Assembly (NCBI RefSeq): GCF_000012905.2
Contig: NC_007493.2
Span: forward strand, 1,080,001 to 1,112,000
From: Cereibacter sphaeroides 2.4.1
GTDB lineage: Bacteria > Pseudomonadota > Alphaproteobacteria > Rhodobacterales > Rhodobacteraceae
Reading direction: 5' to 3'
DNA length: 32,000 bases
The notes below the pieces were generated by a model, which made no database searches, was not told the DNA's origin, and saw only the letters and a program-made list of their open reading frames with translations. The stretch's first letter is position 1. Every line of letters begins with the position of its first letter. The translations under genes were made by a program, and so were the position numbers. Positions 1-14,534 of the stretch are shown one piece after another.

Positions 1-1
1 C

Positions 2-724
2 CCCAAGGTGATGAAGCGTCTGGGCAAGGTGGGCTACGGCCAGAGCTATTCCTACTTCACCTGGCGCAATACCAAGGCCGAGCTCATCGACTATCTCACC
101 GAGCTCACCACCGAAGAATGCCGGCACTACATGCGGCCGAACTTCTTTGCCAATACGCCCGACATCAATCCGGTCTATCTCCAGCATTCGGGGCGGGCGG
201 GGTTCCGGGTGCGGCTCGCGCTGGCCGCGACGCTCGGGGGCAACTACGGGCTCTACAACGGCTATGAGATCTGCGAGGCGACCCCGGTGCCGGGGAAGGA
301 GGAGTATTTCAATTCCGAGAAATACCAGCTCCGCGCCTGGGACTTCGACCAGCCGGGCCATATCCAGGATGACATCCGGCTGATGAACCACATTCGCCGC
401 ACCCATCCTGCGATGCGCGATTTCACCCGGCTGCGCTTCTACGATGCGCACAACGACTCCGTGCTGGCCTATGGCAAGAGCACCGAGGACAAGCAGGATT
501 TCCTGCTCTTCCACGTCAACCTCGATCCGCACGCGGCCCAGACCTTCGAGTTCGAGGTCCCGCTGTGGGAGTTCGGGCTGCCCGACGATGCCTCGGTCGA
601 GGTCGAGGATCTGCTCAACGGAAATCGCTTCACCTGGCACGGAAAGTGGCAGTGGCTTGAACTCGACCCGCAGACCCGCCCCTATGCGGTCTGGCGGCTC
701 TACGCGCCGGGAATGCCCAGATGA
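2..724 (+). CDS. glgE: alpha-1,4-glucan:maltose-1-phosphate maltosyltransferase GlgE, C-terminal ~240 aa (5' end lies outside window)
   Basis: The frame is open to the window edge. The translation (YSYFTWRNTKAELIDYLTEL, MRPNFFANTPDI, EEYFNSEKYQLRAWDF) matches the conserved GlgE C-terminal region. Stop TGA 722-724 overlaps the next ATG. Confidence 0.85.
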   Translation, partial: PKVMKRLGKVGYGQSYSYFTWRNTKAELIDYLTELTTEECRHYMRPNFFANTPDINPVYLQHSGRAGFRVRLALAATLGGNYGLYNGYEICEATPVPGKEEYFNSEKYQLRAWDFDQPGHIQDDIRLMNHIRRTHPAMRDFTRLRFYDAHNDSVLAYGKSTEDKQDFLLFHVNLDPHAAQTFEFEVPLWEFGLPDDASVEVEDLLNGNRFTWHGKWQWLELDPQTRPYAVWRLYAPGMPR

Positions 725-3700
725 ATCAGAATGTCTCTCCCTCCACCGTTGCCGTCCGCCGCACGGACGGCATCGATCGCAGCCAAACCGACTGGTACAA
801 GGACGCGATCATCTATCAGCTGCACATCAAGGCGTTTCAGGACGCCAATGGCGACGGGATCGGTGACTTCGCGGGCCTGATGCAGCGGCTGGATTATGTG
901 CAGGCGCTGGGCGTGACCGCGATCTGGCTGCTGCCTTTCTATCCCTCGCCGCTCCGCGACGACGGCTACGACATCTCGGACTATCGCTCGATCAACCCGT
1001 CCTACGGCGCGATGCGCGACTTCAAGCTGTTCGTGCAGGAAGCGCACAAGCGCGGGCTGCGCGTCATCACCGAGCTGGTCATCAACCACACCTCCGACCA
1101 GCATCCCTGGTTCCAGCGGGCCCGGCGGGCGAAGAAGGGATCGGCCGCGCGCGACTGGTACGTCTGGAGCGATACCGACCAGAAATTCCCCGAAACGCGG
1201 ATCATCTTCCTCGATACGGAAAAGTCGAACTGGACCTGGGATCCGGTGGCAGGCGCCTATTACTGGCACCGCTTCTATTCGCACCAGCCCGACCTGAACT
1301 TCGACAATCCCCGTGTGCTCGAGGAAGTGCTCAAGATCATGCGCATGTGGCTCGAGATGGGCGTCGACGGGCTCCGGCTCGACGCGATCCCCTATCTGGT
1401 CGAGCGCGAGGGCACCAACAACGAGAACCTCCCCGAGACGCACGATGTTCTCAAGAAGATCCGGGCCAACCTCGACCAGCATTTCCCCGACAGGATGCTG
1501 CTCGCCGAGGCGAACCAGTGGCCGGAGGACACGCGCCCCTATTTCGGCGAGGGCGACGAATGCCACATGGGCTTCCATTTCCCGCTGATGCCGCGGATGT
1601 ACATGGCGCTGGCGCAGGCCGACCGGCATCCGATCACCGACATCATCCGCCAGACGCCCGAGATCCCGGAAGGCTGCCAATGGGGCATCTTCCTCCGGAA
1701 CCACGACGAGCTGACGCTCGAGATGGTGACGGCCGAAGAGCGCGACTACATGTGGCGCTTCTACGCCGAAGATTCGCGGGCGCGGATCAATCTCGGCATC
1801 CGGCGCAGGCTGGCGCCGCTGATGAAGAACGACCGGCGCAAGATCGAGCTTCTGAACCAGATGCTGATGTCGATGCCCGGCACGCCCATCGTTTATTACG
1901 GCGACGAGATCGGCATGGGCGACAACTACTATCTCGGCGACCGGGATGGCGTGCGGACGCCCATGCAATGGTCGGCCGACCGCAACGGCGGCTTCTCGCG
2001 CTGCAATCCGCAGCAGCTCTACCTGCCGACGATCCTCGATCCGGTCTACGGCCATCAGGCGATCAACGTCGAGGCGCAGGCGGCGGACCCGTCGTCGCTC
2101 CTGAACTGGACGCGCCGCCTGATCGCGGTGCGCAAGCAGCATCCGGCCTTCGGGCGCGGCTCGATGAGCCTGCTCTATCCGCGCAACCGCAAGGTGCTGG
2201 CCTATGTCCGCAGCCACGAGGGCACGGACATCCTCTGCGTGGCGAACCTCTCGGACACGGCGCAGGCGGTCGAGCTGGATCTCGGGCGGTTCCGCGGCGC
2301 GGTGCCGGTCGAGCTCACGGGCCGGTCGGAGTTTCCGCCGGTGGGCGATCTGCCCTACATGCTGACGCTGCCGCCCTACGGCTTCTACTGGTTCATCCTC
2401 TCCGACCAGCAGGCGCTGCCGAGCTGGCACCAGCCGATGCCCGAGACGCTGCCGGATTTCATCACGCTCACGACGCGCGACGGGCGGGCCGAGACGGCGC
2501 TCACCGGGCGCGAGACGCGCCAGCTCGAGGCCGACGTGCTGCCGAACTGGCTGCCGCTGCAACGCTGGTTCGGGGCCAAGGAGGAGAAGATCAGCGCGGT
2601 GAAACTGGCCGTTCTGGGCTCGCTGTCGGCCGATCATGCCCTCGTCCGGCTCGAGGCCGATGTGGGCGGCGAGGTGCAGCAGTATTTCCTGCCCGCCTCC
2701 GCACTCTGGGGCGAGGAGCAGCTCCGGGCCGGGGCGCCCAAGCTGAGCTTCACCCTGGCCAAGGTCCGGCGCGGGCCGCAGGTGGGCGCGCTCATCGACG
2801 GGGCCTATGACGAGCAGATGGCGCAGGCGATGCTCGAGGCGCTGCGCGACGGTCGCAGACTGTCTGGTGCCGGGGGCGAGGTGGTGTTCGAGCCGGGCTC
2901 GGGACTGGCCGAGATCGCCGACCCGGGCGAGCCGCGCTATCTCGGGGCCGAGCAGTCGAACATTTCCATCGCCTTCGGCGACCGCCTGATCCTGAAGCTC
3001 TACCGACGCCTGCGGGCCGGCGAGCAGCCGGACGTCGAGGTGGCGCGCTTCCTGACGGAAGTGGCGGGCTACACCCATACGCCCCGCTATCTCGGCGTCG
3101 TGAGCCTGCGCCCGGCGGAGGGCGAGGCGACCGTCCTCGCCGCGGCCTTCGCCTTCGTGGCCAACATGGGCGACGCCTGGCGCGGCCTCTTCGACGCGCT
3201 GGTGCGGGATCTGGGCGAGTTCGGCGGCTGGAGCACGGCCGAGGCGCCGGAAGTGGAGAAGGACGGCTTCTCCTTCCCGCTCACCATTCCGGGCCTTCTC
3301 GGCCAGCGCACGGCCGAGCTGCATCAGGCTTTCGCCACCGAGACGGACGAGGCGGCCTTCCGGATGGAGCCGCTCACGGCCCAGCATCTGACCGGCTGGG
3401 CCGAGGGGGCGCGGCGCGAGGCCGAGGCCATGCTGTCGGTGCTCGAACGGCAGCGGACGCACCTGCCCGACGAGGTGCTGCCCCTGGCCGAGGCGCTGCT
3501 CGCGCGGCGCGAAGACCTGCTGGCGCGGCTCGACCGCGTTACCGGCTTCGAACCCTCGGGCGCGCTGACCCGCATCCATGGCGACTACCATCTGGGGCAG
3601 GTGCTGCTTGCGCAGGACGATGTCGCCATCATCGACTTCGAGGGCGAACCGCGCCGCACGCTTGCAGAGCGTCGCGAGAAGTCCTCGCCGCTCCGCGACG

Positions 3701-4029
3701 TGGCGGGGATGCTGCGTTCGTTCGACTATGCCGCCGCCGCCGCCCTCGCACGCCACGAGGAAAGCTTCGGCCCGGCGAGCGAGCGGGCGGTGGAGCGGGC
3801 CGAGGCCTGGCGGCAACAGGCGGTGGCCGATTTCCTTGCCGCCTACGAGGGCGCGTCCGCGGGCACCGCGAGCCTGCCCTCCGACCCGGCGCTGAAGGAG
3901 GCGCTGCTCGATCTCTTCCTCGTGCAGAAGGCGGTCTACGAGACCTCCTACGAACTGGGCAGCCGTCCCGCCTGGGTCGGCATCCCGCTGCGCGGGCTTT
4001 TGGAACTGCTGGACAGGAAACCTGCATGA
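721..4029 (+). CDS. treS: fused trehalose synthase / maltokinase (TreS-Pep2/Mak), 1102 aa
   Basis: N-terminal GH13 TreS motifs ([47 protein letters not shown]). C-terminal maltokinase motifs ([20 protein letters not shown]). ATGA overlaps at both ends. Confidence 0.93.
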   Translation: MNQNVSPSTVAVRRTDGIDRSQTDWYKDAIIYQLHIKAFQDANGDGIGDFAGLMQRLDYVQALGVTAIWLLPFYPSPLRDDGYDISDYRSINPSYGAMRDFKLFVQEAHKRGLRVITELVINHTSDQHPWFQRARRAKKGSAARDWYVWSDTDQKFPETRIIFLDTEKSNWTWDPVAGAYYWHRFYSHQPDLNFDNPRVLEEVLKIMRMWLEMGVDGLRLDAIPYLVEREGTNNENLPETHDVLKKIRANLDQHFPDRMLLAEANQWPEDTRPYFGEGDECHMGFHFPLMPRMYMALAQADRHPITDIIRQTPEIPEGCQWGIFLRNHDELTLEMVTAEERDYMWRFYAEDSRARINLGIRRRLAPLMKNDRRKIELLNQMLMSMPGTPIVYYGDEIGMGDNYYLGDRDGVRTPMQWSADRNGGFSRCNPQQLYLPTILDPVYGHQAINVEAQAADPSSLLNWTRRLIAVRKQHPAFGRGSMSLLYPRNRKVLAYVRSHEGTDILCVANLSDTAQAVELDLGRFRGAVPVELTGRSEFPPVGDLPYMLTLPPYGFYWFILSDQQALPSWHQPMPETLPDFITLTTRDGRAETALTGRETRQLEADVLPNWLPLQRWFGAKEEKISAVKLAVLGSLSADHALVRLEADVGGEVQQYFLPASALWGEEQLRAGAPKLSFTLAKVRRGPQVGALIDGAYDEQMAQAMLEALRDGRRLSGAGGEVVFEPGSGLAEIADPGEPRYLGAEQSNISIAFGDRLILKLYRRLRAGEQPDVEVARFLTEVAGYTHTPRYLGVVSLRPAEGEATVLAAAFAFVANMGDAWRGLFDALVRDLGEFGGWSTAEAPEVEKDGFSFPLTIPGLLGQRTAELHQAFATETDEAAFRMEPLTAQHLTGWAEGARREAEAMLSVLERQRTHLPDEVLPLAEALLARREDLLARLDRVTGFEPSGALTRIHGDYHLGQVLLAQDDVAIIDFEGEPRRTLAERREKSSPLRDVAGMLRSFDYAAAAALARHEESFGPASERAVERAEAWRQQAVADFLAAYEGASAGTASLPSDPALKEALLDLFLVQKAVYETSYELGSRPAWVGIPLRGLLELLDRKPA

Positions 4030-6208
4030 ACGTGACATCGAAGCCCGGGGAGCTCGTCCCCGAAAGCGACGTGGCCGCCATCATGCGCGGAACGCACGGA
4101 GATCCCTTCCGCGTGCTGGGCATGCACGGAGGCGGCGGCGCGCCGCTCTCCGTCCGGGTCTTCGCCCCGCAGGCCGCGGAGGTTGCGGTGCTGGGGCAGG
4201 GGGGCGAGGTGCTCGCCCCTCTCGAACGCATCGGCGCCGAGGGCTTCTTCGCGGGCACGGTGCCGGGCGAGGAGAAATTCCCCTACCGCCTCCGCTTCGT
4301 CTCGGGACCGCACGAGTGGGAGGCGGACGATCCCTACCGCTTCCCCGAGGTGCTGGGCGAGCTCGACGAATATCTTCTCGGCGAGGGGCGGCACTATCAG
4401 CTCTACACCCGGCTCGGCGCGCATCCGGCCGAGATCGAGGGCGTGCAGGGGGTGAGCTTCGCTGTCTGGGCGCCGAATGCCCGCCGCGTCTCGGTGGTGG
4501 GCGCCTTTAACGCCTGGGACGGGCGCCGCCATCCGATGCGCAAGCGCATCGGCGTGGGTGTGTGGGAGCTGTTCGTTCCCGGCCTCCATACCGGAGATCT
4601 CTACAAATACGAGCTGCTCGGGCCTTCGGGCGAGCGGTTGCCGCTCAAGTCCGATCCGCTCTCCTTCGCGCAGGAGGCGCCGCCGGCCACGGCTTCGGTG
4701 GTCCATGGGCTGCCCGAGGCCGAGTGGCACGATGCGGGCTGGATGCAGGAGCGCGAGAGCCGCCAGCGCCGCGATGCGCCGATCTCGATCTACGAGGTCC
4801 ATGCGGGCTCGTGGCGGCAGGGGCTCGATTACGACGCGCTGGCCGAGGAACTGTCGGCCTATGTGCGCGAGATGGGCTTCACCCATGTGGAATTCCTGCC
4901 GATCAGCGAACATCCCTTCACCGGCTCTTGGGGCTATCAGCCCATCGGGCTCTTCGCCCCCACCGCGCGCTTCGGCCCGCCCGAGGGCTTCGCGCGGCTG
5001 GTGGACCGGCTCCACCGCGACGGGATCGGCGTCATCCTCGACTGGGTACCGGCGCACTTCCCGTCGGACGCCCATGGGCTGGCCAACTTCGACGGGACCC
5101 ATCTCTATGACCATGCCGACCCGCGGCAGGGCTTCCACCGCGACTGGAACACCCAGATCTACAACTTCGGCCGACAGGAAGTGGCGAACTTCCTGCAGGC
5201 TTCGGCGCTCTTCTGGCTCGACCGCTACCATGTCGATGCGCTGCGCGTGGATGCGGTTGCCTCGATGCTCTACCTCGACTATTCGCGGAATGCCGGCGAA
5301 TGGGTGCCGAACCGCCACGGCGGGCGCGAGAACCTCGAGGCGATCGATTTCCTGCGCGGCGTGAACGAGCGCGTCCGGCTCGACCATCCGGGCTGCATCA
5401 CCATCGCCGAGGAATCGACGGCCTTCCCGCAGGTGAGCCGCCCGGTCGAGGACGGCGGGCTCGGCTTCGGCTTCAAGTGGAACATGGGCTGGATGCACGA
5501 CACGCTGGGCTACTTCCGGCGCGACCCGATCCACCGCAAGCACCACCAGAACGACCTGACCTTCGGCATGGTCTATGCCTATTCCGAGGATTTCGTCCTG
5601 CCCCTCAGCCATGACGAGGTGGTGCACGGCAAGGGCTCGCTCATCGGGCAGATGGCGGGCGACCGCTGGCAGAAGTTCGCGAACCTTAGGGCCTATTTCG
5701 GCTTCATGTGGGCGCATCCGGGCAAGAAGCTTCTCTTCATGGGCGGCGAGTTCGCGCAGGAGCGCGAGTGGAACCACGATGCCTCTCTCGACTGGCACCT
5801 GCTCGACGATCCGTCCCACGCCGGGATGAAGCGCCTCGTGGCCGACCTGAACCGCGAATATCGCAAGCGCCCCGCGCTGCACCGGATGGATTGCGATCCC
5901 GAAGGGTTCGAGTGGATCGACGCCGGCGACAGCGAGAACAGCGTGCTGAGCTTCCTGCGCAAGGCGCCCGGCGAAAAGCCGGTGCTGGCGGTCTGCAACC
6001 TCACGCCGGTGGTGCGGTCGGATTACCGGATCGGGGTGCCCGAGGGCGGCGAGTGGCGCGAGATCCTCAACTCCGACGCCGCGATCTACGGCGGCTCGGA
6101 CGTGGGCAATCCCGGCGGGCTTCAGGCCGAGGAGTTCTCCTGGCACGGACGGCCGGCCTCGCTGCGCCTGACGCTGCCGCCGCTTGCGACGATCTTCGTG
6201 ACGCCTGC

Positions 6209-6212
<4 letters not shown>
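4026..6212 (+). CDS. glgB: 1,4-alpha-glucan branching enzyme, 728 aa
   Basis: GH13 branching-enzyme motifs [37 protein letters not shown] 4026 overlaps the treS stop. Confidence 0.95.
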
Positions 6213-8271
<2,059 letters not shown>

Positions 8272-8275
<4 letters not shown>

Positions 8276-10050
8276 ACGACTGGGCCTGGGGACCGCGGAT
8301 CGAGGATGGCCTCGGCCGCTTCCGGCTCTGGGCGCCGTCGCAGGAGCGGCTGGTGCTGAGACTAGACGGAACGGATCACCCGATGACACGCAGCGACGAC
8401 GCGTGGTTCGAGGTGCAGGTGCCCGCAGAGGCGGGCATGGACTATGGCTTCGTCCTGGAGAGCGGGCAGGTGGTGCCCGATCCGGCGGCACGGGCGCAGG
8501 CGGGCGATGTGCACGGCCTGTCGCGTCTGGTCGCGCCGTCCTTTGACTGGCGGCACGACTGGACGGGGCGGCCCTGGGCCGAGACCGTGGTGATGGAGCT
8601 GCATATCGGCACCTTCACCGAGGAAGGCACCTTCCGAGCCGCCATCGAGCATCTGCCGCATCTGGCCGAAATCGGGATCACGATGATCGAGCTGATGCCC
8701 GTGGCGCAGTTCGGCGGCAACCGCGGCTGGGGCTACGACGGGGTGCTGCTCTACGCGCCCCATCCCGCCTATGGCACGCCCGAGGATCTGAAGGCTCTGG
8801 TCGACGCGGCCCACGGCCTCGGCATGAGCGTGGTGCTCGATGTGGTCTACAACCATTTCGGACCGGACGGGAATTACCTCGGGGCCTATGCCGCGGACTT
8901 CTTCGACCCGGAACGGCACACGCCCTGGGGCAGCGCCATCGCCTATCACCTGCCGCCCGTGCGCCGCTTCTTCCTCGACAATGCGCTCTACTGGCTGACC
9001 GAGTTCCGCTTCGACGGGCTGCGCATCGACGCGGCCGACCATATCCGCGATCCGGACTCGGACCCCGAGGTGCTGGTGGATCTGGCGCGCGCCATCCGGA
9101 AGCGCATCCCCGACCGGCCGATCCATCTGACCACCGAGGACAACCGCAACATCACGCGGCTGCACGAGCGGGGACCCGAGGGCGAGGTGGTGCTGCACAC
9201 GGCCGAATGGAACGACGACCTGCACAATGTGGCCCATGTTCTGCTGACCGGCGAGACCGAGGGCTATTACTGCGACTTCGTGAAGGACCACTGGCGCAAA
9301 TATGCCCGCGCGCTGGCCGAGGGCTTCGTCTATCAGGGCGAGCATTCCGAGCATGAGGGCGCGCCCCGCGGCACGCCGTCGGGCCACCTGCCGCCGCTCG
9401 CCTTCGTCGATTTCCTCCAGAACCACGACCAGATCGGCAACCGCGCCTTCGGCGAGCGGCTGACGACGCTCGCGCCCGAGGCGCGGCTGCGCGCGATGAT
9501 GGCGGTCCTGCTGCTGTCGCCGCATGTGCCGCTGCTCTTCATGGGCGAGGAATGGGGCGAGACGCGGCCCTTCACCTTCTTCACCGACTTTCACGGAGAG
9601 CTCGCCGATGCCGTCCGCAACGGGCGGCGCAAGGAGTTCGCGCATTTCTCCGCCTTCCAGGGGCTGGATCTCGACCGGACGGTGCCCGATCCGAATGCCG
9701 AGGGCACGTTCCTCTCCTCGAAGCTCGACTGGCTGCACCGCGAGACCGAGCGCGGCCGGTCCTGGATGGCCTTCGTCAAGGATCTGCTCGCCGCCCGTGC
9801 CCGCGAGATCGCGCCGCGGCTCGAGCGCGCACCCGGAAACGGCGGGCGCATCGTGGCGGTCTCGGACGATCTGGTGGCGGTCGACTGGCAGCTCGACGGG
9901 GCGGTCCTGCGTCTCCGCGTCAATTTCGACGACCGGCCGCAGGACTTGCCGGAGGCCGGGGGCCGTGTGATCCATGCCTCTCCCGGCACCGAGGCCGGCG
10001 GTCCGCTGCCGCCCTGTTCGGTGCTGGTCACGCTCGAGGAGACCGCATGA
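8272..10050 (+). CDS. treZ: malto-oligosyltrehalose trehalohydrolase, 592 aa
   Basis: Start set at ATG 8272 (MNDWAWGPRIEDG), which overlaps the glgX stop. Motifs DVVYNHFGPDGNY, DGLRIDAADHI, LTTEDNRN, FLQNHDQIGNR. Confidence 0.92.
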
Positions 10051-11864
10051 GCCGGACCATCGAAGACAGGGCGGCCGAGTTCGCCATCCAGCCCAGCTAT
10101 CACGCGCTCGGCGGCGAATTCGTCCGCGCGCCGGTCGAGACGCTGCGCGAAATGCTCGGCGCCTTCGGCATCTCGCTGGACGGACCGCCGCCCGACCGGG
10201 CGCCGCCCGAGATGCGGGCGCCCGACGGCTACCGCTGCTTCCTGCCCGAGGGCGAGATGCGCCGCTGGGGCATCGCCGCGCAACTCTACCAGCTGAGGTC
10301 CGAGCGCAACTGGGGCATCGGCGACTTCGCCGATCTCTGCGATCTGGCGCGGATCGGAGGCGCCGCGGGGGCCGATTTCATCGGCCTCAACCCGCTCCAC
10401 GCCCTGTTTCTGGCCAATCCTGCCCACACCAGCCCCTTCTCGCCCTCGAACCGGCGCTTCCTGAACCCGCTCTATATCGCGGTCGACCGCGTGCCGGGCT
10501 ACAGGCCCGAGTTCGCGCCCGAAGGGCTGGGTCAGCTCCGCGCGCCGGATCTCGTCGATTATCCGGCGGTGGCCGCAGCCAAGCTCGGCGCGCTGCGCCG
10601 TCTGTGGCGCGAGGGGCCGGACGATGCGATGGGCTTCATGCGCTTCTGCGCCGAGGGCGGCGAGCTCCTGCGTCGCCACGCGCTCTTCGAGGCGATCTCG
10701 GGCCAGATGGTGGCGGACGGCTACGGCGCGGGCTGGCTCGGCTGGCCGGTGGAGTTCCACGATGCCGAGGGCCAGGCCGTCATCGACTTCGCCGACGCGC
10801 GGGGCGACGAGGTGGGCTTCCACCTCTGGCTGCAGTGGATCGCCGACCGGCAGCTCGAAGAGGCGCGCGATGCCTGCCGCGCCGCCGGGATGAAGATCGG
10901 GCTCTATCTCGACTTCGCCGTGGGCGAGGTGCCGGACGGCTCGAGCACCTGGTCGGACCCGAGCCTTGCCGTGCCGGGTCTCCGGATCGGCGCCTCGCCC
11001 GACTGGTTCAACGCGCAGGGGCAGGACTGGGGTCTGGCACCCCTCTCTCCGGTGAAGCTCGCCGATCTGCGAGCCGCGCCCTTCGGGGCGCTGATGCAGG
11101 ATGCCACGCGCCGCGCCGGCGCGCTGCGGATCGACCATGCGATGGGCGTCTGGCAGCTCTTCCTCATCCCCGACGGAATGGGCGCACCGCAGGGCACCTA
11201 TGTGCGCTATCCGATCGAGGACATGCTGCGCGCGCTGGCCGAAGCCTCGTGCCGCAACCGCACCATCGTGATCGGCGAAGACTTGGGCAACGTGCCCGAC
11301 GGCTTCCGCGAGCTGATGGCGCGGATGAACATCCTCTCCTACCGCATCCTGCTCTTCGAGCGGCACGACCACGGCTATATCGCGCCAGAGCATTATCCGC
11401 GTGAGGCGCTCGTGTGCCTCTCCACCCACGACCTGCCCACCTTCCGCGGCTGGTGGCGGGGCGACGATGTGGCGATCCGGCGCGACTTCCGCCTGATCTC
11501 GGACGAGGCAGCCCGCCAGCAGGGCGACTTCCGCTGGACCGAGCGGCGCCAGCTGCTCGAGGATCTGGCGCGGGCGGGCCTGATGGCGTGGGACGAGATC
11601 GACCGGATCGGCCCCGACGATCCGCCCGAGGCGCTGGTCGTGGCGGTGCACCGCCATCTCGCCCGCGCGCCCTCGCGCCTCTTCGCGGTCCGGATCGAGG
11701 ACATGGCGGGCGAGGTGGCCCCGGTGAACGTGCCCTCGACCGTGGACGAACATCCCAACTGGCGGCGCAGGCTCGGCGTGCCGCTGGAGGCTCTGGGCGA
11801 GACCGCACTGTTCCGCGGCATCGCCGGAGCCCTTGAAGCCGAGCGACCAAGGGAGCCCTCATGA
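10047..11864 (+). CDS. malQ: 4-alpha-glucanotransferase (amylomaltase, GH77), 605 aa
   Basis: Start set at ATG 10047 (MSRTIEDRAAEF), which overlaps the treZ stop. GH77-type motifs RSERNWGIGDFADL, LRIDHAMG, IGEDLGNVPDG, LSTHDLPTFRGWW. Confidence 0.9.
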   Translation: MSRTIEDRAAEFAIQPSYHALGGEFVRAPVETLREMLGAFGISLDGPPPDRAPPEMRAPDGYRCFLPEGEMRRWGIAAQLYQLRSERNWGIGDFADLCDLARIGGAAGADFIGLNPLHALFLANPAHTSPFSPSNRRFLNPLYIAVDRVPGYRPEFAPEGLGQLRAPDLVDYPAVAAAKLGALRRLWREGPDDAMGFMRFCAEGGELLRRHALFEAISGQMVADGYGAGWLGWPVEFHDAEGQAVIDFADARGDEVGFHLWLQWIADRQLEEARDACRAAGMKIGLYLDFAVGEVPDGSSTWSDPSLAVPGLRIGASPDWFNAQGQDWGLAPLSPVKLADLRAAPFGALMQDATRRAGALRIDHAMGVWQLFLIPDGMGAPQGTYVRYPIEDMLRALAEASCRNRTIVIGEDLGNVPDGFRELMARMNILSYRILLFERHDHGYIAPEHYPREALVCLSTHDLPTFRGWWRGDDVAIRRDFRLISDEAARQQGDFRWTERRQLLEDLARAGLMAWDEIDRIGPDDPPEALVVAVHRHLARAPSRLFAVRIEDMAGEVAPVNVPSTVDEHPNWRRRLGVPLEALGETALFRGIAGALEAERPREPS

Positions 11865-14476
11865 GCGTCCGCGCCACCTACCGCATCCAGTTCACCTCCG
11901 ACTTCCGGTTCTCGGATGCGGCACGGCTCGCGCCCTATTTCGCGCGGCTGGGGATCAGCCATCTCTATGCCTCGCCGATCCTCGCCGCGCGCGAGGGCTC
12001 GACCCACGGCTATGACGGGGTCCATTACAGCCTCATCAGCCCCGATCTCGGCGGCGAGGAGGAGTTCCGCGCCATGGCCGCGACCTTCCGCGAGCACGGC
12101 ATGGGCGTGATCGTCGATTTCGTGCCGAACCACATGGGCGTGGGCGGCGCGGACAATGTCTTCTGGCTTTCGGTGCTGGAATGGGGGCGGCAGAGCCCCG
12201 TGGCGGACTGGTTCGACATCGACTGGGACAGCGCGACGCCGGGCCTCGCAGGGAAGGTGCTGATGCCCTTCCTCGGCGACCAGTATGGAGAGGTGCTGGC
12301 GCAAGGCGGGATGGAGCTCCGCTACGAGCCCGACCGCGGCGCCTTCGCGATCTGGGCGCATGACACGCACAAGCTGCCGATCTCTCCCCAGACCTACGCG
12401 ACGATCCTGCGCGCGGCTCCGGGCTTCGAGGAGCTGGCCGCGGCCTTCGAGGCGGCGGGTGCGGCAGAGCCGTCCGATCCGGTCTGGCCCGACCTGCGGC
12501 GCCGGCTGCGCGACACCGACCCCACCCCGGCCGTCGAGGCCTTCCGCGGCACGCCCGGCGATCTCGACAGCTGGGCCGCGCTCGACCGGCTGGCCGAGGC
12601 GCAGAACTGGCGCGCGGCCAAGTTCTCGATGGACAGTGACGCGATCAACTACCGCCGCTTCTTCACCATGAGCGACCTCGCGGGCGTGCGCGTCGAGAAG
12701 GCCGAGGTCTTTGCGGGCGTGCACCGCCTGATCCTGCGGCTGATGGAGGAGGGCGTTGTCGAGGGCATCCGCATCGACCATATCGACGGGCTGGTGGATC
12801 CCAAGGGCTACTGCCTGCGCCTGCGCGACGCGCTCGACCGGCCGTTCCCGCTCTATGTCGAGAAGATCCTCGCCCCCGACGAAAGCCTGCCGGAGAGCTG
12901 GCGGGCCGACGGCACCACCGGCTACGAATTCGCGAACCTCGCCGTGGGGCTGATCCTCGATCCGGCCGCCGAGGAGGCGCTGACGCAGGTCCATGCGGAC
13001 TTCACCGGCCAGACCGCCAGCCCCGAGGATCTGGTCCATCAGGCCAAGCTCGAGATCATGGCCCAGCCCATGGCCTCCGAACTCGAGAGCCTGACAGACC
13101 GGCTTCTGGCGCTGGTGGCCGAGGATCCGCGGCGGCGCGATTTCGGACGGGCGGCGGTGCGGTCGGGCCTCTCGCAGGTGATCGCGGCGCTCGACGTCTA
13201 CCGCACCTATGCCGATGCCTCCGGGCTGGCCGATGCCGACCGGGCGCGGGTCGAGGCGGCGGTGGAGCGGGCCAAGGCCCGCGCGCCCGAGATCGATCCC
13301 GGCATCTACGATCTCATCGGCGCGGTCATGACGCTGGATCTGGCCGAGGAGCAGCCCGAGAAGCGCGACGAGATCCTGACCCTCGTCATGCGCCTGCAGC
13401 AGTTCACCGGGCCGGTGATGGCCAAGGGGCTCGAAGACCGGGCGCTCTACCGCTATTCCCGCCTCATCGCGCTGAACGAGGTGGGCAGCGAGCCCGGCCA
13501 TTTCGGCGTGAACCTTGCGGCCTTCCATGACGCGAACCGCGATAGGGCCTCGCGCGAGCCGGGCGCCATGCTCACCACCTCCACCCACGATACGAAGCGC
13601 GGCGAGGATGCGCGGATGCGGATCGCGGCCATCGGAAGCCATGTCGAGGAGTGGGCGGCGAAGGTCGAGGAATGGCACGGGATGCTCGCCTCGGACGAGG
13701 AGCCCGTGGATCTCAGCGAGGAATATTTCTTCTACCAGCTTCTGCTGGGCGTCTGGCCGATGGATTGGGCCGAGGCGCCGGAGGCCCAGGATCTGGCGGC
13801 CCTGCGCGAGCGGGTCGAGGCGGCCATGCTGAAGTCGATCCGCGAGGCCGCGGTCAACAGCCGCTGGGTCTTCGGCAACGAGACCTATGAGGCGGCCTTC
13901 TGCGCCTTTATCGGGCGCGCCTTGGGCGCGCCCGACAGCGACTTCCTGCGCTCCTTCCTGGCCTTCCATGGCCGCATCGCTCCGCAGGCGCTGGGGAACA
14001 TCCTCGTCCAGACCGTGCTGAAGCTGACGGTGCCCGGCATGCCCGACACCTATCAGGGCGCGGAGCTCTGGGAGCAGAGCCTCGTCGATCCCGACAACCG
14101 CCGCCCGGTGGATTTCGCGCTTCGCGAACGGATGCTGCTGGAGATGCAGGAGAAAGCGCCGGCAGATGTGCCGTCGGAGGAGGGCGCTGTGAAGCTCGCG
14201 CTCACCGCGCGGCTGCTGGGGCTGCGGTCCGAGCTGCCGGATCTCTTCGCGCGCGGCAGCTACGAGCCCGTGGAGGCGGGCGAGGGGATCTGCGCCTTCC
14301 TGCGCGCGGGCGATGGCGCGCGGATGCTCGTGGCCTGCCGTCTGAACCGGGCCGCTCACCCCGCCGAGGGGATGAGCCTCCCGGAAGGCCGGTGGCAGGA
14401 TCTGGTGACGGGCACCGAGGCCAGCGGCAGGCTCACTTTCGGCAAGCTGCCGGTGGCGGTGCTGATAGACCGATAA
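11861..14476 (+). CDS. treY: malto-oligosyltrehalose synthase, 871 aa
   Basis: N-terminus ATYRIQFTSDFRF and HLYASPIL; GIRIDHIDGL; TSTHDTKRGED. SD-like AAGGGAG lies 6 nt upstream. ATG 11861 overlaps the malQ stop. Confidence 0.93.
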   Translation: MSVRATYRIQFTSDFRFSDAARLAPYFARLGISHLYASPILAAREGSTHGYDGVHYSLISPDLGGEEEFRAMAATFREHGMGVIVDFVPNHMGVGGADNVFWLSVLEWGRQSPVADWFDIDWDSATPGLAGKVLMPFLGDQYGEVLAQGGMELRYEPDRGAFAIWAHDTHKLPISPQTYATILRAAPGFEELAAAFEAAGAAEPSDPVWPDLRRRLRDTDPTPAVEAFRGTPGDLDSWAALDRLAEAQNWRAAKFSMDSDAINYRRFFTMSDLAGVRVEKAEVFAGVHRLILRLMEEGVVEGIRIDHIDGLVDPKGYCLRLRDALDRPFPLYVEKILAPDESLPESWRADGTTGYEFANLAVGLILDPAAEEALTQVHADFTGQTASPEDLVHQAKLEIMAQPMASELESLTDRLLALVAEDPRRRDFGRAAVRSGLSQVIAALDVYRTYADASGLADADRARVEAAVERAKARAPEIDPGIYDLIGAVMTLDLAEEQPEKRDEILTLVMRLQQFTGPVMAKGLEDRALYRYSRLIALNEVGSEPGHFGVNLAAFHDANRDRASREPGAMLTTSTHDTKRGEDARMRIAAIGSHVEEWAAKVEEWHGMLASDEEPVDLSEEYFFYQLLLGVWPMDWAEAPEAQDLAALRERVEAAMLKSIREAAVNSRWVFGNETYEAAFCAFIGRALGAPDSDFLRSFLAFHGRIAPQALGNILVQTVLKLTVPGMPDTYQGAELWEQSLVDPDNRRPVDFALRERMLLEMQEKAPADVPSEEGAVKLALTARLLGLRSELPDLFARGSYEPVEAGEGICAFLRAGDGARMLVACRLNRAAHPAEGMSLPEGRWQDLVTGTEASGRLTFGKLPVAVLIDR

Positions 14477-14487
14477 CAGTCGGCAGG

Positions 14488-14513
14488 AGCGCCGCCCTCA
14501 GGCGGGCGGCGCT
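14488..14513. terminator. GC-rich hairpin between convergent treY and SDR genes (possible bidirectional terminator)
   Basis: AGCGCCGCCC (14488-14497) pairs perfectly with GGGCGGCGCT (14504-14513) around a 6-nt loop. It is followed by CTT and has only a weak U-tract. Confidence 0.5.
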
Positions 14514-14534
14514 CTTAAAGGACCTGCTGCCCCG